64,000 bases of DNA from an uncultured bacterium (GCA_903857255.1 CAIODY010000013.1:5406-69405); one strand, 5' to 3'; shown: positions 1-10,801, counted from the first letter of the stretch. Program-made: numbers and translations. Notes: generated by a model from the sequence alone, not told the origin.

Positions 1-93
1 AAAACTATAAAAAAAATGGATAAAAGACAGATTGTTATCAATGCTTTGAATGGCAAAAAGCGGTTACCAAAATTTTTACCCCATTCTTTTATC

Positions 94-1050
94 TTACAAC
101 ACTACCAATGCCCAGCTTCCATCCAGCGTAGCCGATACATTATACACATTCAAATATTGCATCGTGTTTTCATCGCCCAAATCATTCAAGTTGCAAATAA
201 TGGTGTTGTGTGGTGCTACATGCACAAAACTTCCAGTAATTGCCCCATTATATGATGCTGCTAAATAAAATTTCAATTCATCATCGCCATTATTACTCAA
301 TTTTAATTGCGAATTCACATCCAATTTGCGCTTAATGATATTATGAATAGCCAATGGTTTTAAATTGCTACCTGTAAAATGTGTTTGTACTGCATTGCGA
401 AGCGTAGCTTCATCAAAATATTTTGCGCCTTGTTGGGGGTTGGTGCTGAAATGCGTTAATAGGCTACCATAATCAGCCAACATCAGTGCACACATATTAG
501 TAACGGCTGTTTTCATTGCCGCACTCATATTGGTGGTAGTAGTTTTTGAGATGCCTTTTGTACTAAAATTGGTAGTTAAAGTGTTATAATAAGTTTGAAT
601 TGTACCTTTTAAAGTAGTCAAAGCAGCATCAGAGCCTATGGCTGCTAATAAAGCACCCACAGCAGTCATTCGGGCTTGCTGACTGCCTTGTAAAAAAGGC
701 GAATGCCCATTAGGGAATAAAGCTTTATAACGAGCTGTGCCTTTAGCATAATGTATTTGTGCATTAGCATCCCAAGCGTTTACATTAGTTGTCATATCAG
801 CCAATGCCAAATTAAAAGCTTCTACATCACCCTGCTGCAATTGGTCTTGCCCTTTATTGGCATCATTAGCTGTTAATAATGCTTGATGCACCACATTAAA
901 TGGCGTATAAAGCCCTAATATAAACGGATTACCTACGCTATCAGCAAATAAAGCATCATGATGAAAAGTGCTGATTTGAATAGCCTTGGGTGCGCTATTT
1001 TCTACTGCATTAAAAAAAATGTTTTCAAACAAACTCCATGGTTGGCTCAT
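94..1050 (-). CDS. Uncharacterised 318-aa protein; predicted helical N-terminal/central region (Y-x-x-LFPNG motif) and beta-rich C-terminal ~100 aa
   Basis: Long ORF with an A-rich leader and a Bacteroidota -33/-7 promoter upstream; no recognisable catalytic motif or signal peptide. Confidence 0.8.
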   Translation of the reverse strand: MSQPWSLFENIFFNAVENSAPKAIQISTFHHDALFADSVGNPFILGLYTPFNVVHQALLTANDANKGQDQLQQGDVEAFNLALADMTTNVNAWDANAQIHYAKGTARYKALFPNGHSPFLQGSQQARMTAVGALLAAIGSDAALTTLKGTIQTYYNTLTTNFSTKGISKTTTTNMSAAMKTAVTNMCALMLADYGSLLTHFSTNPQQGAKYFDEATLRNAVQTHFTGSNLKPLAIHNIIKRKLDVNSQLKLSNNGDDELKFYLAASYNGAITGSFVHVAPHNTIICNLNDLGDENTMQYLNVYNVSATLDGSWALVVL

Positions 1051-1125
1051 AAAAAAAAGATTTAAAGATGAATAAAAATAATTAGTATAAAGGTATCATG
1101 GCATTATCTCAACGCTATGTTATTA

Positions 1126-1157
1126 CAAAAATAAAAAACAGTTTTTAAATTTCCAAA
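1126..1157 (-). promoter_or_regulatory. Bacteroidota sigma70-type promoter for the 318-aa gene
   Basis: Minus strand TTTG (1157-1154), 20-nt spacer, TATTTTTG (1133-1126); matches the -33/-7 consensus. Confidence 0.6.
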
Positions 1158-1236
1158 AAATATTTTTTAATTTATTTTTTACCCAAATTAGCCATCCTGA
1201 TTCAATGCCTTTAGTTTTAGAAATTCTAATTTTTAT

Positions 1237-1478
1237 AAATGTTTACGGAAGCAATTTTTTTTAAGAATTACCTCCGTAATGTTTTACGGGTGTAGTTTTT
1301 TTTAAAAATTGCTTCCGTAATGTTTTACGGGTGTAGTTTTTTTTAAAAAGTCTGCCAATAATGTTTTACGGGAGCAATTTTTTTTAAAAAGTCTGCCAAT
1401 AATGTTTTACGGGAGCAATTTTTTTTAAAAATTGCTTCCGTAATGTTTTACGAGAGTAGTTTTTTTAAAAAATTGGAT
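1237..1478. repeat. Tandem array of six ~41-bp palindromic units
   Basis: Units start at 1237, 1277, 1318, 1359, 1400 and 1441; consensus TAATGTTTTACG-(7 variable)-T8A5-(9 variable); unit 5 forms a hairpin ACGGGAGCAATTTTT/AAAAATTGCTTCCGT. Confidence 0.95.
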
Positions 1479-1540
1479 AAATGAAGAATAGATGGGCGGA
1501 TTTTTTTGCAGATGAAAGAAAAGTAATCCTCAAAATTTAA

Positions 1541-2269
1541 TTATTTTTTTCCCATCGCAAAAATAGAAGAGCCGATAAATGATTTGGGCAATAAATAATA
1601 TTCAGCCACAAATAACCAAGCTAATAGTTTATGAACATGAATCATTTTGCCCTTAGGGGCTTTTACTTGTACATTTCTTTTGAGCGAAAGTTTGTTAAAT
1701 AATAAAGCAGGAAAATAAAGCGAATGAAAAAAGTATTGGTTTTGAATTACTGTGATGCCAGCAGCAGTTAAAGTATCATGCAATGTTTTTAAATCGTAGC
1801 GGCGATAATGCCCAAAAAATTCATCGTAATTGCTCCAAATTTCTTGCCTTGCAGGCACAGTGATGATAATATTTTTTAGATTAGGATATTTATTTAAGAT
1901 AGATTGAACAAACTCAATAGGTTGTTCAATATGTTCAATTACATCTAATAAAAGCAAAGTGGTGAAATGTTCACGAAAATAAATGGGCATATTTAAAGCA
2001 TCTTGCCCAATGATGATTTGATGAGGGGCAATGCCTTCAACCGTTTGTACATTCGATAGCTCAACGCCCTTGCATTCCATTCCATGTTGGTTTAAATATT
2101 TTACTACAATGCCCCTGCCGCAGCCAATTTCAAGAATGGCATCTGTAATGCCCAATTGCTTCAATTTTTTATACAGCAAAAAGTTTCGAGCCTTGGTCCA
2201 ATAAAAATTTTCTAAACCAATTGGGTAATTGGCATCAAATTGTTCGGTAGTGTAGTTAGTAGTTACCAT
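1541..2269 (-). CDS. Class I SAM-dependent methyltransferase (surface-glycan locus type)
   Basis: ILEIGCGRG motif I, LLDVIEHI, ITVPA...WSNYDEFFGHYRRY. Confidence 0.85.
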   Translation of the reverse strand: MVTTNYTTEQFDANYPIGLENFYWTKARNFLLYKKLKQLGITDAILEIGCGRGIVVKYLNQHGMECKGVELSNVQTVEGIAPHQIIIGQDALNMPIYFREHFTTLLLLDVIEHIEQPIEFVQSILNKYPNLKNIIITVPARQEIWSNYDEFFGHYRRYDLKTLHDTLTAAGITVIQNQYFFHSLYFPALLFNKLSLKRNVQVKAPKGKMIHVHKLLAWLFVAEYYLLPKSFIGSSIFAMGKK

Positions 2270-2327
2270 TTTGTTTCAGACTTCAAAGTAAATGAAAAGT
2301 TATAATTCAGTGATGAAAAAAAACCAA

Positions 2328-3914
2328 CTATTTTAATTGCAAATGTATCAATTGGGTTTGCGATTGGTGGCATACTGATTGAATGAAAATAAAACTGTAT
2401 GCTGGTTTTTGCACGGAAGGCAAAATTTGAATAAAATTAGTAGCATCGTTTTCATACACATAGTTAGTCATGTAAAAATGAAATTTCATAGGCTCAATTT
2501 TATCCAAAGTATGTTTTAAATCAGTGGTCATTTTATCACGAGTGTTCATACAGCAATATACCTCTTTGCCAGTAATTTGTTTCATGAAATAATTGTATTC
2601 GTAGCTGGTAAAATAATTATTGCCAATCGGTTTAGTTTGGTCATCAAATACTAATGTTTTGTGCATGGTATTCAAAGGCAATTGTTTCAATGCGGTCATC
2701 AATTGCTTGCTTTTTTCAAACCGATAGTTCCAAATAAAATAATTGTAAGTAGAGCAAATACAAAACACCACCAATATTATTTTTAAAACCAAAACAGGCT
2801 TTCCGAGCCTTAAAAATTTTGAAAGGCTTACTAATAATATAGCCACAGGCAAGCTGACTAAAATAGCATTTCGGGCATCATAATTTAAAGCACTGGCTGG
2901 TTTGTTCACCAAGCAATAGGGGAATAAGGCAGCCAATAATATTAACACTGCCACAATCACTTGCCCAATCACAACAGTAATTTTAAATGTAGCAGTCGGC
3001 GTAGTTAATTTATCATGGTCAATTTTAAATCGGCTCATCAACCCTATCATGCCTGCACCGATTATTATAATGGTCATCAATGCCCCTACCCTATCGCCCA
3101 TCATAGCTTTTATAAACAATAAAGGCAAGCTGATAAATAATTTAAAAAATGAAAAGCCAAAATTATAAGCCAACATTTTGATGGTGGCAAAACCTTCAAA
3201 TTTTATTTGATTGTATTGCTTAAAATAAGGGTCAATTGGAAAAAAACGATTCCACAACACATAAATAATTACGGGAAAAATAAAAAGAACAATATTTTTT
3301 TTGATAAAAGATACAAGCTGTTCAAAAATAGAAATTTGATGGCTATAATTTTTCAAAAACAAAACACCTAAAAAAACATACACAAAAATGTAAAACGATT
3401 GCAACTCAAATGAAATAGCAAACAACATCAAAGCTGCTATCAGCCACAAATCAATTACCCTTGTTTGCTTTATATAGTTAATGTAGCAAACACAAGCTAA
3501 TAGAAATAATAAATAACTAAATGGGGCAGTAATGGCAATCATTTCAAACCAAATACCATAAAAAGGTGCTGCAATAGTTAAAGCAGCAATAAAAAAATTA
3601 TCAGTTGAAGAAAAGAAATTGAAATAGTTTAAAAGTTTGTAAACAAGGCTTGCAATACCCCAAATGATAAAAACAGAAATAATTTTAAACGTAATAATGT
3701 AGTTTGGCAGCGATGCTAAAAATTCAAGCACATAAATGGTTACTCTGCGCCCAGTAACATAGTAGCAATCTTTCATCATATCAAAACTACCTGTCTGCAC
3801 AGCATTTACAACCAAATACGAATCCCACATCAGCATTTTTGAAAAAATCATCACGCCGTGCGCCAGCAAAGTGATAAGAAAAAGATGGAAGTAGATTCTT
3901 TGGTGCTTAGGCAT
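2328..3914 (-). CDS. Polytopic membrane protein, probable GT-C-fold glycosyltransferase
   Basis: About 11-13 hydrophobic segments, an early loop with WD...GR and a C-terminal soluble domain; adjacent to the methyltransferase. Confidence 0.6.
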   Translation of the reverse strand: MPKHQRIYFHLFLITLLAHGVMIFSKMLMWDSYLVVNAVQTGSFDMMKDCYYVTGRRVTIYVLEFLASLPNYIITFKIISVFIIWGIASLVYKLLNYFNFFSSTDNFFIAALTIAAPFYGIWFEMIAITAPFSYLLFLLACVCYINYIKQTRVIDLWLIAALMLFAISFELQSFYIFVYVFLGVLFLKNYSHQISIFEQLVSFIKKNIVLFIFPVIIYVLWNRFFPIDPYFKQYNQIKFEGFATIKMLAYNFGFSFFKLFISLPLLFIKAMMGDRVGALMTIIIIGAGMIGLMSRFKIDHDKLTTPTATFKITVVIGQVIVAVLILLAALFPYCLVNKPASALNYDARNAILVSLPVAILLVSLSKFLRLGKPVLVLKIILVVFCICSTYNYFIWNYRFEKSKQLMTALKQLPLNTMHKTLVFDDQTKPIGNNYFTSYEYNYFMKQITGKEVYCCMNTRDKMTTDLKHTLDKIEPMKFHFYMTNYVYENDATNFIQILPSVQKPAYSFIFIQSVCHQSQTQLIHLQLK

Positions 3915-3929
3915 AAGGAAATCGTATAA

Positions 3930-4934
3930 CTAATTGTGCATCATCAACATTTGCTCTACCATATTTTTCGAGCCGCAATAAATAGGTGTCCGCTCATGAA
4001 AACTGGTAGGGTCCATTTCTAAAATTCGTTGTTTGCCATTAGTTGAAGCGCCACCAGCTTGTTCGATGATGAATGAAATAGGATTGCATTCATAAAGCAA
4101 TCGCAATTTACCTTTTGGCGAATCGGTGGTTGGCGGATATAAAAATATGCCCCCTTTTAATAAAGTACGATGAATATCAGCCACCATACTGCCTACATAA
4201 CGCAAGTTATAAGGGCGTTGGGAAGCTTTATCGTGTTCAAAGCTATAATCTACATAGCGTTGAATAAAATCAGGAAATTCAGATTTGTAACTTAAATTAC
4301 ACGAAACAATTTTTCCATCAGCAGGCATTTGCATATTGGGGTGCGATAAACAAAACTCTCCAATCGCAGGGTCGAGCGTAAAGCCATTCACCCCATCACC
4401 AGTGGTGTAAACAATCATCGTACTTGAACTATAAATCACATAACCAGCCGCAATTTGTTTAGTGCCGGGCTGCAAAAAATCTTCTTTCGTTACTAAGCAA
4501 TCTTTTGAAATTCTTTTATAAATACTGAATATAGTTCCTACCGGAATATTTACATCAATGTTTGATGAACCATCTAATGGGTCGATGCACACTAAATATT
4601 GTGCTCCTTCTTCATCAATCACCACCATATCATCTTGTTCTTCACTCACAATGCCACAGCATCTTCTTCCTCTTTTAAAAGCAGCAATAAAATGTTCGTT
4701 GGCAAATACATCCATGTGTTTCACATTTTCGCCTTGCACATTGGTTTCACCCGTTTCACCCATCATATCTTCAGCCAAGCCTGCCATAGTTAATTCACGA
4801 TTCACAATTTTTGCTGCCAAACCCACACTACGCAACAAGCCTGAAAGATTACCAGTTGCTGCAGGATATTTTCGTTCTTGAATATTGATAAAACCATTGA
4901 GTGTGGTAAGATTGGTATTGATAACTGTTGCCAT
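3930..4934 (-). CDS. fbp: Fructose-1,6-bisphosphatase class I
   Basis: NVQGE, DPLDGSSNID, RYVGSMVAD and GKLRLLYE motifs. Confidence 0.97.
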   Translation of the reverse strand: MATVINTNLTTLNGFINIQERKYPAATGNLSGLLRSVGLAAKIVNRELTMAGLAEDMMGETGETNVQGENVKHMDVFANEHFIAAFKRGRRCCGIVSEEQDDMVVIDEEGAQYLVCIDPLDGSSNIDVNIPVGTIFSIYKRISKDCLVTKEDFLQPGTKQIAAGYVIYSSSTMIVYTTGDGVNGFTLDPAIGEFCLSHPNMQMPADGKIVSCNLSYKSEFPDFIQRYVDYSFEHDKASQRPYNLRYVGSMVADIHRTLLKGGIFLYPPTTDSPKGKLRLLYECNPISFIIEQAGGASTNGKQRILEMDPTSFHERTPIYCGSKNMVEQMLMMHN

Positions 4935-5005
4935 TGAATTTCTTGTAAATTAATTATTGCGTAAAAATAACTTCCCAATTCGGTTTATTCAACTAATCTG
5001 AAAGT

Positions 5006-8000
5006 CTATTTCACTACCACAAATATTCCGTTCTGAATTTTAGTATCGGTTTTGATTTGATAAAAATAATCACCAGCAGCAAAGCCGTTGGTGTTCAATG
5101 TTCCAAATCCTTCAAATGAAAAGTGTTGTAATTTTTTTCCTGCTGAATTATAAATAGTGCAGTCAGCTTTTTCATTTGCGTTTTCATCTTTTAAATAAAT
5201 ATTTCCACCACTCATCACCAGTGATGGATATAATTTTATAAATGAAGTGGAAGATGTTGTTAAATTACTTTCGCCAACAAATGAGCCGCTGCTACGGCTT
5301 GTAACCACTATTTGCGCTGATTGATTGAGAGGAACTGTGTTTGCAAAACTCAAACTTCCATTTGTTGAAGCATTAGCAGTTGTGGCTGAATCAATTGCAT
5401 TGCTCCAGGTGTTGCCATCAGCATTCCAGTTGCGTTTGAACAAATTAAACTGATTAGGATGTGCTGCATCATTTGCATTTATTCCGCCCACTTTATTCAA
5501 ATCCATTCCATTCAAATTTGCAAATGAAGCGTTGCTGCCATAATTATCAATTATCCAATAACATTTGGAAGCATTGCTAGTATTGGGTTCTTGGTCAGGG
5601 TGTAAATTAATTCTGCTCACTACCACTTCGCCATTTGGATTTGGATTGGCGAAATTTAATGTGCAACCGGTGTTGCCAAACAAAATATTTCCCGCTGAAT
5701 TTACACTCAATCGGCTACTGTTGCCGCCGCCCAAAGGTGCTGTAGAACTGATTCTCACTGCTGAATTAGAAGGCGAAGCATGATTGATTCCAACCTTATC
5801 TAAAATCAAACCATTCGGTTCGTTGAATTGATAATAAGCTATCAAGCCGTTGGTGCTGGCTGGTTTTGTTAAGTGCATTTGTTCACGTATTTCATTTTGC
5901 GAAAGCGAACGATTATAAATACAAACTTCATCCATGATGCCACCAAAATTTCTGTTTGTTCCGTTGCTTCCATCTACACCCAACATGAATGCATCATTCA
6001 AAGCATCAACAGGATGTGATGTGGTGTTAGTGGCTGCAATACCATTCAGATAAAGCGTTGCGGCTGTTGGTGTAATCACCAATGCAATATGATTCCATTG
6101 ATTAGCAGTTAAATATAAGCCGCTGCTCCACCACCAATTATTGTTCTGCCAATGATAACGCAATTCTAAATCGTGCATCAATGTTAATCCATCTGCCGTA
6201 TTATTTCCTCTCATAAAAACCAATCCTTCATAATCGTTTTGTGTAGCATTTGGTTTCACCCATGCTGTTAAGGTTAAAGTATTGGTAGAAAAATTAAATG
6301 GTTCAATAGCTGCGGAAGCATCATTACCATTAAGTTGTAGCGAATTTCCAGGAATAGTATCAGGCTGACAATTATCGCTGATGCTGATAAAGTTATTGAT
6401 AGTTTGTGCATTCGTTCCATTCACATCACTCACCGTTAAACTCACATTGTATTTGCCTGGATTGTGATAAACAACCTTTGGTGAACGCAAGGTTGATGAT
6501 GATGGCGTACCACCCGGAAAACTCCAATTCCAAGTTGGGTTTTGATTGCTTAATGATGAATGGTCAACAAAATAAAATGTATCACGAAGACATTCGGATA
6601 TTTGTTTGTCAACAGAGATTTGAGCAACGGGCGCAAAGCCACTTTCGTACAAGTCGCAGCCATACACACTTCTGTTCGTGCCTTCATACACTTTTTGATT
6701 TTTGTAATTGATGATTAATTGCGTTGAAAAAGTTACGGCAGGCAAACTATCATTAAACAATTGCCAATCATTCATCGTATTATTACGATAATAAACTGCT
6801 CTTCGTGTTCCTAAATAAACGCCGCCATTGCTACCTTTTTGATAAATAATATTGGTTGGATATTCACCATTCAAAGTTGGTGTGGTGTAGTTGGTCCAAG
6901 TGTTTCCACCATCGTTCGATTTGTAAATTTTATACCCATTTAAGTTCGGATAAGTTGAACTCATAATCGTTCGAGCAATCCAAACTTGGTTAGCACTATC
7001 GCCCACAGCAATATCAAATGGCGCATAAAAAGTATTGTTGAGTAAAGTGTTTGATGGGGTAATGTTTACCCATGTAATGCCCGTATCTATTGATTTGTAG
7101 AGATGTTTGTTGCTCCACCAACTGGAGAAAGTGCAAGCATAAATTGTTTTTCTATCCGATGCAATTTCGATGGAAGCAACTGTTCCATCTGTGAATTTAT
7201 GCAATGCAGAAAAGTTGGCGCCACCATCAGTTGATTTCCAAATCATGCTATCATTTCCCATAAAAATTGTGTTGTAACAAGCTGGGTCATATTCCATTTC
7301 AGCATCTTCGCCTACCACATACGATGAAGATGGCTGCATACCATTAGGTAGTTGAAAGTAGCTGATAGTGCGGTTTCCACTCAATTTAAATTTTCCGTAA
7401 TCACAAAATATTTGTCGCTCATTACCATAATTTACATTGCCTAAAATATTATCGCCACCCATCGCACTCACCCAACCATTGTTATAAACATTGTTGTCTT
7501 TAATCAAAGTTCCGTTGTGATAAGCACCGCCGATGAAAACGTCAGAGCCGTTCCAGTAGCCCATTCCAAAGCCCCAAAAATCAGAGCCAGCAATGCCATA
7601 CATGTGTCGTTGAATAGTATCGCCATAATCATTGGAATAAAAAACACCACCATCGCAAGCCAACCAAAAATCATTGCCATAAAAATTCATGTCATGAATA
7701 TCAGCATGCACATAATTTGCATTTTGCGATTCACTCCAATTAGATGGGCAAGTAAAAGTGTTGCCACCATCTTTGCTCACCCAATGATTCACTGCGCCAC
7801 AATGCACTTCATTACTATCAATCGGCGAAACTGCTAAAGCCAAATCGTAATAATATTGTCCGCCATCATCGCTGCCATCTTTTGCCCAAGCACAAATGTT
7901 GATGTTGGTTGAAGCGTTAGGAACGCCGCCAGGACTACCTCCGCAGCATTTGAAAGTCCATGATTCACCTGCATCATGACTTACATAAATGCCATACAAA

Positions 8001-9082
8001 CCACTTCCGCCATTCGCAGAGCCAGTTGCATAAGCATACACGATATTAGGCGCAGCAGGTGTTACAGCAATTTCTGCTCGTTTGTTTTCATCACTTCCAG
8101 TTGGTAAAGGCCAGCCATTTGTTCTGATGGTAAATGTTCTTCCGCCATCTGTTGATTTGAAAAATTGAGTAACAGAGCCTGTTTGCAGCACTGCATACCA
8201 AATTAAAGTATCATTGGTTTTCACTTCTAATTCTTGCCATGCGCCACTTTGAATTAAATTCCAATTTTGACCAGCATCATCAGTTCGCCACAAACCATCA
8301 TCACAAGCGGCTAACAACACCTGATTATTTTGCGGATTCATTTTTAAATCACGGGTATAATGTGCTGCATTCTGAAAAGCTGTGCTGCCAGTGGCATTGA
8401 AGGTTAAACCACCATCAGGTGTTTTATAAATTTTTTGTCCATCACTAAAATAAACCACATTACTATTACTAAAATCAATTTCCAAAGCATACACTTCGGC
8501 AATCAAATCGTTGAGGTTGCAACCTGTCCAATGTGCGCCTTTATCAATGGTTTTCCAAAGCCCTGCATTGGCACTGCCAGCATACAAAATATTTGGATTG
8601 CTGATGGATTGCTCCACTGTGTAAACATGGGCTGCACCTGCTGCGTAGCTTGCACTGGCAGATTCTTTATCAAAATCAAATGGACCTAAGCATCGCCAAT
8701 TTGATGTGGCTGATTTTTTTCTTTGTGCAGAATTATTTTGAGTTGTAGCATTTCTGTTTTTGATTTTTTGCAAATAGTCCTCTTGATTTTTTTTCATTTC
8801 TTCTGTTATCGGCTCTCCGAAAACTGTTCCGTTGTAATCACGAGAAATGCGTTGTAAAAAATGTTTGTAGTATTGTGTGTAGCCTGTTTTTTTAAACGGA
8901 TGTGTTTTGTAATAAACATCGTGAGATGCAACTACATCGCCAATGTTAGGTTTGGGCGCATACATCATTTTCGCCCATTGCGGAATGGTAGAATCGTTTG
9001 CAAATTCCTTTAATCGCTGTGGTTGACCGAAAATGGTTGCTGAAAAAAAACACAACATCAACACCAAAATATATTGCTTCAT
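5006..9082 (-). CDS. Secreted BNR/Asp-box (sortilin/GH74-like) beta-propeller protein with PKD and LamG domains and a T9SS type A CTD
   Basis: Signal peptide; many SxDGGxTW Asp-boxes; WSFPGGTP PKD; W-x-HIALV...MDEVCIYNRSLS LamG; C-terminal KLYPS...IYNSAGK...GDYFYQI...FVVVK. Confidence 0.85.
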   Translation of the reverse strand: MKQYILVLMLCFFSATIFGQPQRLKEFANDSTIPQWAKMMYAPKPNIGDVVASHDVYYKTHPFKKTGYTQYYKHFLQRISRDYNGTVFGEPITEEMKKNQEDYLQKIKNRNATTQNNSAQRKKSATSNWRCLGPFDFDKESASASYAAGAAHVYTVEQSISNPNILYAGSANAGLWKTIDKGAHWTGCNLNDLIAEVYALEIDFSNSNVVYFSDGQKIYKTPDGGLTFNATGSTAFQNAAHYTRDLKMNPQNNQVLLAACDDGLWRTDDAGQNWNLIQSGAWQELEVKTNDTLIWYAVLQTGSVTQFFKSTDGGRTFTIRTNGWPLPTGSDENKRAEIAVTPAAPNIVYAYATGSANGGSGLYGIYVSHDAGESWTFKCCGGSPGGVPNASTNINICAWAKDGSDDGGQYYYDLALAVSPIDSNEVHCGAVNHWVSKDGGNTFTCPSNWSESQNANYVHADIHDMNFYGNDFWLACDGGVFYSNDYGDTIQRHMYGIAGSDFWGFGMGYWNGSDVFIGGAYHNGTLIKDNNVYNNGWVSAMGGDNILGNVNYGNERQIFCDYGKFKLSGNRTISYFQLPNGMQPSSSYVVGEDAEMEYDPACYNTIFMGNDSMIWKSTDGGANFSALHKFTDGTVASIEIASDRKTIYACTFSSWWSNKHLYKSIDTGITWVNITPSNTLLNNTFYAPFDIAVGDSANQVWIARTIMSSTYPNLNGYKIYKSNDGGNTWTNYTTPTLNGEYPTNIIYQKGSNGGVYLGTRRAVYYRNNTMNDWQLFNDSLPAVTFSTQLIINYKNQKVYEGTNRSVYGCDLYESGFAPVAQISVDKQISECLRDTFYFVDHSSLSNQNPTWNWSFPGGTPSSSTLRSPKVVYHNPGKYNVSLTVSDVNGTNAQTINNFISISDNCQPDTIPGNSLQLNGNDASAAIEPFNFSTNTLTLTAWVKPNATQNDYEGLVFMRGNNTADGLTLMHDLELRYHWQNNNWWWSSGLYLTANQWNHIALVITPTAATLYLNGIAATNTTSHPVDALNDAFMLGVDGSNGTNRNFGGIMDEVCIYNRSLSQNEIREQMHLTKPASTNGLIAYYQFNEPNGLILDKVGINHASPSNSAVRISSTAPLGGGNSSRLSVNSAGNILFGNTGCTLNFANPNPNGEVVVSRINLHPDQEPNTSNASKCYWIIDNYGSNASFANLNGMDLNKVGGINANDAAHPNQFNLFKRNWNADGNTWSNAIDSATTANASTNGSLSFANTVPLNQSAQIVVTSRSSGSFVGESNLTTSSTSFIKLYPSLVMSGGNIYLKDENANEKADCTIYNSAGKKLQHFSFEGFGTLNTNGFAAGDYFYQIKTDTKIQNGIFVVVK

Positions 9083-9258
9083 ACTTTTTATTTTTCTTCA
9101 AATATAATTAGAATGGCTTTGCAATTATTCACGATTATATTTGCAACAATGGCTGCAACAATTCTTTCAATATAACGATTGGCTTGAAAAAACTAATTCA
9201 CACGATTCATCGCTACTTAAATAATAAACTCTAATAAACAATAAACGCTGATAAAATT

Positions 9259-10801
9259 ATGTCTCAGTTGGTCTTAAATTTTATTTCCAAAAAAAATATT
9301 TTAGTGCTGATTGTAACAGCCATCATTTGCATTTTATTAGCACCAATTCTTGTTTCAAATTTGTACTCCGATGATTTGATGAATTATCAATTACTAAAAT
9401 CAATTCCTGATTTTAATTTTGAAAAAATGTTGCAATGTTCATCAGACCAAATAGCTGTAACGCTTCAGGGTGGCAGATATTCGCCCATTGCATTTTATCT
9501 TTTGAATTTTATGTTTTGGCTACCCAATAGCATTGCACAATATAAAGCGTTGATTTATTGCAGTAATTTATTTGCACTTTTTTCCTTTATTTTTTTTCTA
9601 AAAAAATCAGGCATGAATCACTTAGCTGGCTTTGCAATTTTGTTTTATGCTTTGTTGATTCAATTTCAAATAGCCTATCACGACCCGTTCACATCGCTGC
9701 ATGCAATGTATCCGTTGGCAATGGCACTCACATTTTTTGCCATCGGGTTGTTTTTAGATTTCATAAAACAAGGTTCCATCATCAAGTTACTCATTTCTTT
9801 TGTACTCACTTGTACCACTCTATTAATCACCGAAATTGGGGTGGTTACCTTTTTGATAATTTATTGTTTGGCAATTTTCAATTTCAAAAAAATAAAACCG
9901 AAAAGTTGGATAGTGATTCCGTATTTAATCATGCCGATAATTTATTTTGGATGGTTAAAAACAGTTCGTGATAATCTCAACGGAATGTATCCTGGCGTTC
10001 AATCAAGTTTTGATTTTAACGGCATGCTCAATGTGCTGCAATGCCAATTGTTTGGCATGCTTCCGATGACCAACTTCTATCACGTGAGAGCAATTATTTA
10101 TGCAGTTCAGTCAAGTTTTTGTTGCGATAAGTGTGCTGTTATTGGTCGGCTTACTTTTCTTATTTCAACGATATGCGAAACATCAAAAAATTGTTTTCCA
10201 AAAATTTAATTTCAATATCGGAATGATTGGATTTTTATTGATGCTGATTCCGCCAATGATTTTAATGTTTTCGGCAAAATATCAAAATGAATTAGAATTG
10301 GGCAGAGCTTATTTGCCTATCTATTTTCAAGATTTTGGTTTTGCAATTTTGTTAGCAATTTTATTTGAAAGAATTATCCAACTTTCTTTTCTTAAAAATA
10401 TTTTTTTCCGAAACACAATTTTTGTGATTTTGAGCTTAATAATTGTAAGTTCATTTTTACTGAATTATCATAGTGTGAAAGAAAAAAATCGTGCTTTAAG
10501 TATTCCTGCTAATAATTTTTATTTAGCATTGAGAAATGGATTATTAAACCCTGCACAATCAGGCGCAATAATGATTTTGGGAAAAGATTTTTTCTATCAA
10601 CAACCAGAAAAATACAAGCAAATATTTCACAACCTATCCGCTAAAGATTTTGATGTGGTTGAAAAAGAAGAATTCAATTTATCAAATGCCAACACTCAAA
10701 AAATTGTTTACAAAGTAGATTACGATTTTGGGAACAATAAATCACAACTTTTTGAATGGAATAATGAATCGAAAGAATTTAAAAAAATGGTTGAGAAATA
10801 A
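9259..10801 (+). pseudogene. Frameshifted polytopic membrane protein (GT-C-like), split into ORFs 9259-10209 and 10100-10801
   Basis: N-terminal YSDD...GRYSP loop. ORF1 degenerates after ~10100 while the +1 frame continues the hydrophobic pattern; an upstream TGA at 10085-10087 bounds the shift. Could be a sequencing error. Confidence 0.6.

Noticed and set aside
16-268. Short + strand ORFs at the window start
   Set aside because: Overlap the 318-aa minus-strand gene and show no recognisable features
1237-1478. CRISPR array
   Set aside because: No unique 25-45-nt spacers, the variable blocks are only 7-9 nt and recur, and there are no cas genes in the window
9149-9175. Tiny ORF MAATILSI after a TATATTTG box (possible leader peptide or gene stub)
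   Set aside because: Too short to support; no attenuator structure seen
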